Virus record (IMG/VR): IMGVR_UViG_3300042907_001527
Coordinates: 1 to 64,000 of that record
DNA from: a virus
DNA length: 64,000 nucleotides
Strand: one strand, 5' to 3'
Shown: positions 8,829-18,497 of the stretch, piece after piece
Layout of the letters: each line of letters begins with the position of its first letter
Position numbering within the stretch: position 1 is the first letter of the stretch
Translations under genes and position numbers: made by a program
Notes under the pieces: model-generated
What the model saw: only the letters and a program-made list of their open reading frames with translations
Database searches by the model: none
What the model was told of the DNA's origin: nothing

Positions 8829-10945
8829 TCATAAACAATAATTAATTTAATAATAATTTCTTGTCCATTTAAAGTATCATTAGTTGGGCTAGTTTGAATA
8901 GTTATTTGATTATTTAAATCGTCAACTGTAATTACACCAATACCAGGTATTGTGTTTAATAAACTAGTAACGGTATCATAATAAAGATTATCACCTGGAA
9001 CAACATTTAAAGACGTTGTTGTAAAAAAAGTTTCGCTTGTTGTCAACCCTAATGGATTAACTGAAACGTTTATTGTAAATGTTGCTGAAACTAAACTACA
9101 ACTTGTATTACCAGAGGTTAAATCGTCAAATCCAACATTTAACATTTGTAATAACCCAAATTTAGTTTGTGCCTCAATAATAAAAGTTTCAGACCCCATG
9201 ACATATGTTTGATATGAAACATATGAAGCATCACAAGTAATTTCTGCGGTTCTTGATAACGAACATCCATTATCATCAATTACGGTTAAGTTATATGTTC
9301 CTCCTGTTAACCCTTGAACAGTAATTTGTTGCGGATTATTGGGCACATTATTAGACCAATCAAATATAAATGGTGGAGTTCCTGATGAAATAAATGCGGT
9401 TAAAGTACCTTCAGAACCTGTACCACAAGAAGTACTATATAAACTATAATCAAGTGGTATACTACTATTAACATAAACTTGAGTTGTTTGAGTACATCCT
9501 GTATTATCCGTAACAGTAATTGTATGTTGTCCTGAAGAAACATTATTAAATGTAATCGCAGATAAAGTACTATTATTTATATTAACTAAACCGTCTAATG
9601 AATAATCAAATGGAGTTGCCCCTCCTTGACTTTTAATAACCGAAATATAACCATTTGCATTATTACATGTGGTTCCTGTAGTATTTGTTGAGATTGTAAA
9701 TGTGTCAGTAGCATATAATGTAACTTCATCTAAATAATAACATCCTGAAGCATCTTGAACCGCAACACTATACGTTCCTGAATATAAATTAGAAAATAAT
9801 TGAGCTGTTTGGTTATTACTAACATTTAAGACGTTTCCATTTGGATATATTAACGTATAAATGTATGGGGAAGCTCCTCCATTAACTAAAACGGTGATTG
9901 ACCCTCCATTACTTGAACATGTTGAGCCTTGTGTATTAATGTTAACCGAGGTTATACCATTTGGTGGCGTTAATGTTGTCCCAGCAACCATAGTACATAA
10001 TGCCGCGTCTGTTACTTGGAAGGAATAATTTCCTGAGGATAATCCAGATATTGTAAATGATTTTGGATATTGAATTAATACCTCTCCTGTAGATGCAGAA
10101 TAATAATATGGTGCGGTTCCTCCTGTAATTTGAATCGTTATTGAACCATCGGAAGAAAAACAAGTTGGAGGTGTTGAGGTAAACGTACCTAATCCAATTG
10201 GTGGGACATTCACAATTGTCTCACTTTTTGTTGTAACACACCCATAATAATCTGTAACACTAACAGAATAAATTCCAGCGGTTAATCCGGTGACAGTTGA
10301 CCCTGTGTTACTTGTATTCCAAAGATATGTGTATGGTGGAGTACCTGTTACTCCTGTAACCATAATTTTACCCATACCAGTTCCTCCACACGATGAATTT
10401 GGAACTACATATAAACCATAATCTAAAGTATCCGAATCTTCAATAATAAAAGTTGGAGTTTGTCCTGTACACCCACCCAAGTCAACCGCCTTAATGTAGT
10501 AAGTTCCAGCGGTTAAACTTCCAAACACAACTGTTGATTGAGATGTTATTGCCGATTGTGAAAATACTCCATCTCCATGAAAAATATAAAATTCAGTTGA
10601 AGAATAATCTGATGTTGATGTTCCAGTTACAAATCCATTATTTTGAGAACATGTTGTTCCCATAACACCGAGAACACTTGCACATACTCCACTTGATACT
10701 GGTATGTTAATATAAAATTCATTATTGGTTGGTAGTGAACTATCAATAGCTCTTACCGAATATGTTGTGGCACTTAATCCTGTTTTTATCGCTGGCTCGG
10801 TAGTGACAATGTTTGGCGATAAAATAGGACTTAACCATTGTGCCGTGTATGGTGGCGTACCACCGCTAAAACTCAAACTGATAGACCCTGAGTTCGTATT
10901 TGAACAATCTCCAGTGACCGCTATATTATAATTAAAAGTTGACAT
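8810..10945 (-). CDS. SprB-repeat-like putative tail fibre/adhesin
   Basis: About 7 repeats of C...G.I.....GGT.PY.Y.W......GL.AG.Y...V.D..GC, the pattern of Bacteroidota SprB repeats. Confidence 0.75.
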   Translation of the reverse strand: MSTFNYNIAVTGDCSNTNSGSISLSFSGGTPPYTAQWLSPILSPNIVTTEPAIKTGLSATTYSVRAIDSSLPTNNEFYINIPVSSGVCASVLGVMGTTCSQNNGFVTGTSTSDYSSTEFYIFHGDGVFSQSAITSQSTVVFGSLTAGTYYIKAVDLGGCTGQTPTFIIEDSDTLDYGLYVVPNSSCGGTGMGKIMVTGVTGTPPYTYLWNTSNTGSTVTGLTAGIYSVSVTDYYGCVTTKSETIVNVPPIGLGTFTSTPPTCFSSDGSITIQITGGTAPYYYSASTGEVLIQYPKSFTISGLSSGNYSFQVTDAALCTMVAGTTLTPPNGITSVNINTQGSTCSSNGGSITVLVNGGASPYIYTLIYPNGNVLNVSNNQTAQLFSNLYSGTYSVAVQDASGCYYLDEVTLYATDTFTISTNTTGTTCNNANGYISVIKSQGGATPFDYSLDGLVNINNSTLSAITFNNVSSGQHTITVTDNTGCTQTTQVYVNSSIPLDYSLYSTSCGTGSEGTLTAFISSGTPPFIFDWSNNVPNNPQQITVQGLTGGTYNLTVIDDNGCSLSRTAEITCDASYVSYQTYVMGSETFIIEAQTKFGLLQMLNVGFDDLTSGNTSCSLVSATFTINVSVNPLGLTTSETFFTTTSLNVVPGDNLYYDTVTSLLNTIPGIGVITVDDLNNQITIQTSPTNDTLNGQEIIIKLIIVYDTICLT

Positions 10946-13929
10946 TAACTACTACACTTTATATTAATATTTATTCCGACGTTTAAAAATACGGTATCTT
11001 GCAAATTTTCAGAATTACACCCTAAATTAGTTATTGTTAAATTATTACCATTTAAATAATAAGTGTATCCATAATCATATAAAATTGGTAAATAATATAT
11101 TAAACTATTTCTCCATTGTAATTCGGTGGGGACATCAGTATATCCATATCCACTATAAAAAGTATTTTGAATTAAAATTTGATTATTAATTCTTAAATCA
11201 ATGTACCATTCTGTTTGAACCGAATTTTGATAACATTGATTAAGTGTTAATCCGCTTTCAGACAACATATTATTAATCCTATTTGAAAGAATACTATTAA
11301 AATTAGTTGCTGTTATATCCCCATTAAACCATGGATATATATTAAAATCAACATATTCAGAATTACAGGTATAATTAAAAATATCTGATATGATATAACA
11401 GGGGTCAACAGCCACTGGTATAAATTGGCATCCTCTTTGTCTCCTATAAACAAATTTTTGTTTGTGTAATACCGAATTTTCTAATCGAACACCAGTATTC
11501 CAAATAGTTGTTGCCGGAATCATCTGTTCTACCAACTTAGTCCAATATGGACCAATACCTGTTACATAGTCAATCAACTTTTGATATGTGTATTTGTTGT
11601 TAGGTAACCCAACGGTTTGTTCTGATTCAATGTATTTCCACCATATAGATTGCAGTGTTGGATAACCACCAGTTTTACCATCAGAAATGTATTGTCTATT
11701 TCTAGCGTTAATCATATTTTGCCAAAAAGTTTGAGAAAATTCAAAGAATGTTTTTTTCTTAGGTTTTGGGTCAATATAAGTCCAATCAACTCCTCCAGGA
11801 ACAGGATATCCAATAGTTAAACCTGATTCAGGTATGGGATAATCATATTTTCTTGATTGGTCCCAAACATCATAAACCAGTCCTTGTGCCGGATTTAAAA
11901 ACAAATCAATATTCTTAACATTTAACACTAATTTTTCATTATCTACAAAATAATATGCGTTATAATCTGCCTGAGTTGATGTTCTGATTTTATCATCATC
12001 AGATAACCAAGATTTATTGTTATCAACAATTTTTTGTAGTTTAAATCCTTCATTCATGTATGGAAAATCTCTAAATCGATTCAAATAAGTTTGTCCGTAT
12101 GTGAATGGTAGTAATTGTGTTTGTATGTTTAAATTTTGGCCAGTAAATACATTACCAGTTAATACCACATCATCAGGACTTCTATGTTCTGGAGTGGTCT
12201 CATACCATCCAGCGCCAATTTGAAAAAAATAAGTTTCGGTATTAAGTGGAGCATTGGGATAACCTTCAAAGTCAATTGGATAGTCACTTAAAGTTATATT
12301 AGTATCTTGGTACGAAGAATTTGTTGTAAATGCCGTAAATAATTGACCCTTAAAACTATATGTTTGCCCAGTTGCATATGTGGGAGTTTCTAAAACATAT
12401 GTTCCTCCCGATATTTGAGACCATTGATTATAGAATTGGTCAAGATTTATTTTTTGGTCCGCCAAATAAATGTGTTCATTATATTCAATTAATGAATCTG
12501 GAGCACCAATTAATCTTAATAAAAATTCGATTGACCTTCGAGTTCCTTTTGATTTAAAAAGATAAGACGCGTTAAGAATTAAATTTTTATAATAAGTGTA
12601 ATTTAATTCTGTTGGTGTTAAAGCTCTTGCGTACCCAGGATATGTTGGTGTTGACGTATTTCCAAAAACAGAACTTAAAAAATCTTCATTTGTGATTGGT
12701 GAAAAATTTGATGACCACCCTAAAGTTCTTGATAAATTAACTAATAACTCCGAAGGTATATCATTTGATGTATTATAGTTAACGGAATTCATGTAAGCCA
12801 ACCCTTCAATAAATTGTTTTATTTGGTCAAAACTTCTACCGTATATTTGAAATATTTTTTCAACTTTTCTACCTAAAGTATCAAATTCTTTTAATGAGTC
12901 TGAAACCAAAAATCTTGAAATTAGATTAGTTTTAAATGAATCTAAATTAATTGCAATTTCTTGAATTTTTGCCAAATAAGAATCAAATAGAAATGAACGA
13001 ATGTCCAAGTTCCAATACCCATCTTTTGGCCAAGTAACTTGTTGATAATCCGTATATGTTTGTCCATACTCGTTTTGTTGTGGTACTTGAAATACTGCGG
13101 TATATTCAGGTCGTACTAACCTATTAACTAAAAACTTTTCAACCTCATCAAAATTTTCTTGGAATATTTTATCAACAATATAATCATTAGGTCTAATTTG
13201 AAATTCTGTTTGCAATGTTGTTGCAGTTGTCCCAAATGGTGACCCTGAAACATAAAATGTTAGTGTTCCTGAAGTTAATGTTGTTGATGGTGTAAACGCT
13301 AAAATTTTATAGATGTTATCGTCAATACTAACACAGTAATCCAAATAAGTTTTATTAAGATTTCTGTAAATAGAAACCTCTAATTCTCTCATCATCAAAT
13401 TATTTGATGCGTTAATAGAATAATCAACATCAAATGGATTACGTAATCTATCAACATTTACTTTAAAGTAAGTTTCGTCACTTTGAATATCATAAGCAAT
13501 ATCATACGCAGTGTCACCAGTTATAAAATCACCATTAGTGTATTGAACATCTAAAGACGCCGGAAAATAATTAATAATTTTTGTTATTGAAACTCTAAAC
13601 CTTTCAGATAAAGAACCGTACATTGAAAAATTAAGAACCTGACTTATATCATAGTTAGGGTATACTCTAAATTGAGTTGCAAGAATTTGTCTACTTTGTT
13701 CGAGACTTTCGATATTCATCATATCCAAAGTCATTGACTCTGAAAACGCCCCGACATTAAATGTTCTATTAACTTTTTCTGTTACTCCGGTGGTAAACTC
13801 AAAGTTACCTTGCGTAAGACCTCCTCCTTCAACAGTTTGTAGTCCTACAATGTTGTCAGAGAAAGTACCCGCCCCGTTACCTGGCCTTGGTGGATAAAAG
13901 TATTTAGTATTTGTTGTATTTACGGCCAT
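10945..13929 (-). CDS. Baseplate wedge protein (P2 gpI / T4 gp7-like)
   Basis: YLFKSKGTRRSIEFLLRLIG motif typical of gpI-like wedge proteins; baseplate context. Confidence 0.55.
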   Translation of the reverse strand: MAVNTTNTKYFYPPRPGNGAGTFSDNIVGLQTVEGGGLTQGNFEFTTGVTEKVNRTFNVGAFSESMTLDMMNIESLEQSRQILATQFRVYPNYDISQVLNFSMYGSLSERFRVSITKIINYFPASLDVQYTNGDFITGDTAYDIAYDIQSDETYFKVNVDRLRNPFDVDYSINASNNLMMRELEVSIYRNLNKTYLDYCVSIDDNIYKILAFTPSTTLTSGTLTFYVSGSPFGTTATTLQTEFQIRPNDYIVDKIFQENFDEVEKFLVNRLVRPEYTAVFQVPQQNEYGQTYTDYQQVTWPKDGYWNLDIRSFLFDSYLAKIQEIAINLDSFKTNLISRFLVSDSLKEFDTLGRKVEKIFQIYGRSFDQIKQFIEGLAYMNSVNYNTSNDIPSELLVNLSRTLGWSSNFSPITNEDFLSSVFGNTSTPTYPGYARALTPTELNYTYYKNLILNASYLFKSKGTRRSIEFLLRLIGAPDSLIEYNEHIYLADQKINLDQFYNQWSQISGGTYVLETPTYATGQTYSFKGQLFTAFTTNSSYQDTNITLSDYPIDFEGYPNAPLNTETYFFQIGAGWYETTPEHRSPDDVVLTGNVFTGQNLNIQTQLLPFTYGQTYLNRFRDFPYMNEGFKLQKIVDNNKSWLSDDDKIRTSTQADYNAYYFVDNEKLVLNVKNIDLFLNPAQGLVYDVWDQSRKYDYPIPESGLTIGYPVPGGVDWTYIDPKPKKKTFFEFSQTFWQNMINARNRQYISDGKTGGYPTLQSIWWKYIESEQTVGLPNNKYTYQKLIDYVTGIGPYWTKLVEQMIPATTIWNTGVRLENSVLHKQKFVYRRQRGCQFIPVAVDPCYIISDIFNYTCNSEYVDFNIYPWFNGDITATNFNSILSNRINNMLSESGLTLNQCYQNSVQTEWYIDLRINNQILIQNTFYSGYGYTDVPTELQWRNSLIYYLPILYDYGYTYYLNGNNLTITNLGCNSENLQDTVFLNVGININIKCSS

Positions 13930-14837
13930 TAACTAGTTATGTTTGTAAAGTTTTTACTGAAATCAATATTATTACCTCTACTTTGTCTAACTTCATATAA
14001 TAATGCATTAAATTGGTCTCTAATTTCATATAAGTTGTATTGTCTATATATGTTATTTTGAGAGTCGTAGATTGTATAAACACCATCATCAATTGATTTG
14101 GTTTGATTACCAAAAAGAGCAATTGCAAGAGATGATATGTCATATTCAACCATTTCTATCTCCAAAGTTATTGGATTAAAATATGTATTTGAAATTATAA
14201 TATTTTGGTTTGGTTGTCCAATAAATGGAGTTGAGTTTGGATTATTAGTTGGAGACGATGATGGTGACAGAGTTAGAAAAATTAAATTGGTATTTCCATC
14301 AACATATCGATATCTTATAGTTTTTGCGGTAGTGTTGGTTTGATTTGTAACAACTGGCTCACAAAAGAATGATGAGGTAATAACTCTAAAAAAATTAGGT
14401 ATTTTTGAACCATTAGTATTTAAATATTCTACTCTAAAACCAACCAATCCTTGTGAAACAAATTTATTTTGATATTGGGCTGGCACATTACTAACGTCAA
14501 CAACAATTCCTTTTACATTTGGTAAAGCGTTTAATACACCACAATCGGTAATCTTTGTTCTAATTTCTTTTGGTCTTAAATATAACGTGTAAATTCCAAG
14601 AGCATTGAACTGCTCAGCGGGTAAAGTTAAATTATATAATCCCCCTAAAACTTCAACACCAGCATTTCCGCCAGTCTGAGTATTATTGAAATAAGGTTTA
14701 AGGATTGTCTGCGCATCAAGTTGTGTTAGAATAAAATTATCCGTAACGTCTCTAGATGGGGTATAATTTAATAAAATTTGGACATCCTCGGGACTTACAT
14801 CACTTGGTCGTATTGTTCCGTAGCTTCCTATACTCAC
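13929..14837 (-). CDS. Hypothetical structural protein
   Basis: 302-aa ORF translationally coupled within the baseplate operon. Confidence 0.6.
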   Translation of the reverse strand: MSIGSYGTIRPSDVSPEDVQILLNYTPSRDVTDNFILTQLDAQTILKPYFNNTQTGGNAGVEVLGGLYNLTLPAEQFNALGIYTLYLRPKEIRTKITDCGVLNALPNVKGIVVDVSNVPAQYQNKFVSQGLVGFRVEYLNTNGSKIPNFFRVITSSFFCEPVVTNQTNTTAKTIRYRYVDGNTNLIFLTLSPSSSPTNNPNSTPFIGQPNQNIIISNTYFNPITLEIEMVEYDISSLAIALFGNQTKSIDDGVYTIYDSQNNIYRQYNLYEIRDQFNALLYEVRQSRGNNIDFSKNFTNITS

Positions 14838-14885
14838 TTGTTTTCTTTTTTAATTAGTTTATTTTTCTTATTTAATAAATACCTA

Positions 14886-15995
14886 TTAATTATTTTTAAC
14901 CACCGAAAAAAATCCGTATCCATAATTAATCATATCCCCTAAATTGTCAACTTCTCCGAGTCTTTGAATTTTTTCATACGCAGAGTTTTTCCCTCTTTCA
15001 ACAAAAACATTTGTTTGTATTTGTGGTTGGTCAATAACCTTAAGTAAAACCTCTTCTTTAGTTATTGGTTTGTTTGTTAAATTATTATTAGTAAATCCTG
15101 AAGATTGTTGAAAAAATATTGTAGTACCATCTATGTAATCATAATAATCGACTGAATTAATTGTGTATGCCGTGAATGTTGTTGCCGTGTTGGTTATTGC
15201 TCCCCATATTTGCCCATTTTTAATTACAGGAACCCCCACTTGAAATTTTAACGGCCCATACATTGATAACTCATTAAGTTTAGATTTTGTTAATCCTGAA
15301 ACTGTAAATGGAACTGTTGTAAAGTTATTTGATGTTTGAGCCGATACTTCACTAACCGCGTCGCCCGAAAATATGTAATCATAACTGATTGGTGTTTCAA
15401 ACCAATTACCGCCAGCAGGAATAAAAAACGCCATACCATTTGGATTATTAATAACAACATCTGAATATGGTGTTGTTATTGTTTTGGAAACTTTAGTAAT
15501 ACCCCAAGGATTTGTTTGCTCCAATGTAATGGTGTATTGGGCATTTGCAACAGGATAAGTATGATTTATATAGTTTGGTGTATAAGTTGCGATTGTTTGT
15601 GATGGTGTTCCATCACCCCAATTAATTTTATATGACGATAATTCAAGAAATTTTTGAAACTCGCTTGATGTATTATAAACGTTATAAACATATGGATTAG
15701 AGGTTGTAGATGAAAATATAAAATTAGCTACAATATCTTTTTGTAATATCGCACCATCAAATGGGCTAAAGTATCCAACATCAATTGCTGTTTGTTTAAA
15801 TAAAATTGGAATTGTTAATCCAGTTAATAATGAACTTCCTTCATTACCTCCAGTTAAAACTTGAGTCATTCCCGAATAAATCCCAATCGTTTCACCAGAA
15901 TAATTTGGTCCAACATTGTTACCTTGTAAATTAACAGTAAAAAGGTCTCCCTTAATTGTCTCAGGGGATATAATAATATTATAAAAATCTTCCAT
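14886..15995 (-). CDS. Structural protein with PKD-like domain
   Basis: YKINWGDGT...HTY...YTITL motif. Confidence 0.55.
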   Translation of the reverse strand: MEDFYNIIISPETIKGDLFTVNLQGNNVGPNYSGETIGIYSGMTQVLTGGNEGSSLLTGLTIPILFKQTAIDVGYFSPFDGAILQKDIVANFIFSSTTSNPYVYNVYNTSSEFQKFLELSSYKINWGDGTPSQTIATYTPNYINHTYPVANAQYTITLEQTNPWGITKVSKTITTPYSDVVINNPNGMAFFIPAGGNWFETPISYDYIFSGDAVSEVSAQTSNNFTTVPFTVSGLTKSKLNELSMYGPLKFQVGVPVIKNGQIWGAITNTATTFTAYTINSVDYYDYIDGTTIFFQQSSGFTNNNLTNKPITKEEVLLKVIDQPQIQTNVFVERGKNSAYEKIQRLGEVDNLGDMINYGYGFFSVVKNN

Positions 15996-16816
15996 TATGG
16001 GTTAACATATTCATACCATTTTATGGGTTCTAATGTACCTGCCCTTTCATTATCATTAATATATATTGTTTGAGATGTGTTTATATTGAATATTTGGTAA
16101 TTATGTTTTTCGTAATTTAATTCAACCCGATAGTAAAAATATTGTGAACCATCAAAAATATATTTATCACCTGAGATTGATGATTGCGGCATATTTAACA
16201 TTTTTGTAAAGGAACCATTTTTTGCGTCATAAAACTTTGCCGTCATGTAAAATGTACTTATGTCTAAAAATTTTCGTTTTTTTAACCAATAAATAAAAAA
16301 ACCTTCTTTATCTCCAATATAATCTAAAATAAAATATGGTTTTTTAATTGTTACCGGAGTTACTTGCATAATTGCATCCATCTTTAACCCTTGTTGTGTG
16401 GGTATAATAATTGTAATATAATTCGTCTGTCTTTTTTCATCAATATTATCATATAAATCCAATTTAAAAAATGAATTTGTAAAGTTGTTAGTATAATAAT
16501 ATATTTCTTGTGTTGTAAATCCTTCCATCTGATAGTTAGATTTCCAATTTGTTTCATCATTTAATGAACCACCTGAATAAAAATTAAATTCATATTTAAT
16601 TTCTGTTGGGGCACCAGTTGCTCCTGTTAAAGGTGCATGCGCAAATCGAGTAACTTCAAAGTCTCTACCTTCACCAATCACTTTAGTTATCATTTCACCC
16701 TCATACTCATCAATACTTTGGTCTAAGCCCAAATAATCCCAAGTAAACTGAATTGGAATTGTGAGTTGTCTATCAACAAACCCCTCTTTATTAATTACTA
16801 TTTTATTCACACTCAT
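15995..16816 (-). CDS. Hypothetical structural protein
   Basis: 273-aa ORF overlapping neighbours in the operon. Confidence 0.6.
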   Translation of the reverse strand: MSVNKIVINKEGFVDRQLTIPIQFTWDYLGLDQSIDEYEGEMITKVIGEGRDFEVTRFAHAPLTGATGAPTEIKYEFNFYSGGSLNDETNWKSNYQMEGFTTQEIYYYTNNFTNSFFKLDLYDNIDEKRQTNYITIIIPTQQGLKMDAIMQVTPVTIKKPYFILDYIGDKEGFFIYWLKKRKFLDISTFYMTAKFYDAKNGSFTKMLNMPQSSISGDKYIFDGSQYFYYRVELNYEKHNYQIFNINTSQTIYINDNERAGTLEPIKWYEYVNP

Positions 16817-18497
16817 CGAATAATGGTTTTATTGGAAATTGAATTCCAAGTAAATTATCGTTATAGTTGATACCATCAGGTATTAATCTAAATACAACAT
16901 TTTTATATGGATATTGGGAACTATTTATAAATGGATAATCAACACCTCTATTTTCATTGTCTATAAATCCATAAGTGTATAAGTCTCTCCATCTGAATTC
17001 TTGGTCTGAGGAAGAATAAAAGGAATAAAAAGGTACGTTTGCAACAGATTTAATGTCTCCAGTTTCAATATAATCAGAAAAAACCCTAATTTCCATTGAT
17101 GTGTGTGGCTTATAATAATAACCTTGGGTATTAGTTGAATAAGTACTAGATGTTTGAAAAACGTTTTGATTGTAATTTATTTTTTGATAATAATTTGAAA
17201 TAACTCTTTCAATTTGTTCATAATCATTCCATTCACAAAAATCTCCATCAACTGAATCCCCTCTGTTTAAATCTTCATTATAATAAAATGTTTTGGTGAC
17301 TCCACTTGTTAAGGTATAATTTGATGTAGGTATGCTTGTATTTGAATTTGTGTTTAATAAATCCCACCAAGAACTTATTGGGGTTGACAAATTAAATTCC
17401 CACCCTTGTTTTAACCCTACACCATTATTTGGTTGATTAAAATAACCTGTATATCCCTTATTAATAATAGTTAAAAACAATTCGCTAACAGGTCTTTTTT
17501 GATTATCTAAAACACCATTTAAATCTAAATCATAATTAACAGTAATATTATATGAATTACTACTTGTTTTTTGTGAGATTCTTGATATTTGATTTGGAGT
17601 AATAGAACTATATTCAAATTGTTTATCTTCGTTAAAAATGTTTCTTTCAAAAGCATTTTTAACTACAATACAATCTTCGACATTTGTTAAAATCTTATGT
17701 TCTCTAACATAATACTTTGACTTAGTTTCTAATAAATTATTCGGATTAATAACTCTTTTAAATGTACCAGTAACCCCATTCGCAAATGTTGTACCAGTAT
17801 AACCAAGATTAAAAAGATTAAAAATAAAAATATCGCTATCAACTAAATTATTACCTAAGGAGTATACTTCAAACAAATTTGTGTCATTGTAAGAAAAAGA
17901 TAATTCAACATATTCTCCAACAGTTAATGCATGTGGTGATATACATTGAAATCCAATAATATTACTCCCGTTTTTAGTTGTATTATTAATAAAAAATGGA
18001 ATTCCTTCAGATGCTATCCAATCATAACCACTATTATTTAATGTGTATGACATTTGTTTTGAGTAGTTATTATTATATGCGTAACTAACATAATAAGTCC
18101 AATTATAGGTGTAAGCACTTTTTGCCTCATAATTAATGTGTTGGTCAGTTATGTTAGGTCTATAAAAATCAAATTCATAATACTGCGGATATCCTTTCCA
18201 TACAGTACTAACATAAGATTGTATTGGCTCAACATAATATAGAGTGTCTCTAAATGGAACATATTCAGTAGTTCCGGTATATGTGTTATTATATAAATAA
18301 GTTACTTTAAACGTAGGCCTAAACACACTACCACGTTGTCTTTCATCGTCAAAAACTTGAGCTAAGTTAATACTTTGACTTCGGTCATATTCAACCATTT
18401 GTTGACTTTGTTCTTCTAAAGTAAGATTAATTTCTTGGTCAACCGACGGAGCCGCCGCATACGTTAAACTACTTGGTATGATTGTATGTTTATTCAC
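16803..18497 (-). CDS. Hypothetical structural protein
   Basis: 564-aa ORF overlapping neighbours in the operon. Confidence 0.6.
   Translation of the reverse strand: MNKHTIIPSSLTYAAAPSVDQEINLTLEEQSQQMVEYDRSQSINLAQVFDDERQRGSVFRPTFKVTYLYNNTYTGTTEYVPFRDTLYYVEPIQSYVSTVWKGYPQYYEFDFYRPNITDQHINYEAKSAYTYNWTYYVSYAYNNNYSKQMSYTLNNSGYDWIASEGIPFFINNTTKNGSNIIGFQCISPHALTVGEYVELSFSYNDTNLFEVYSLGNNLVDSDIFIFNLFNLGYTGTTFANGVTGTFKRVINPNNLLETKSKYYVREHKILTNVEDCIVVKNAFERNIFNEDKQFEYSSITPNQISRISQKTSSNSYNITVNYDLDLNGVLDNQKRPVSELFLTIINKGYTGYFNQPNNGVGLKQGWEFNLSTPISSWWDLLNTNSNTSIPTSNYTLTSGVTKTFYYNEDLNRGDSVDGDFCEWNDYEQIERVISNYYQKINYNQNVFQTSSTYSTNTQGYYYKPHTSMEIRVFSDYIETGDIKSVANVPFYSFYSSSDQEFRWRDLYTYGFIDNENRGVDYPFINSSQYPYKNVVFRLIPDGINYNDNLLGIQFPIKPLFDECE

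Noticed and set aside
5990-8860. Possible diversity-generating retroelement template/variable repeat pair
   Set aside because: Differences between copies are not adenine-specific (GCC TCT vs GCT CCA, ATG vs AGG), the repeat is N-terminal, and there is no reverse transcriptase in the window
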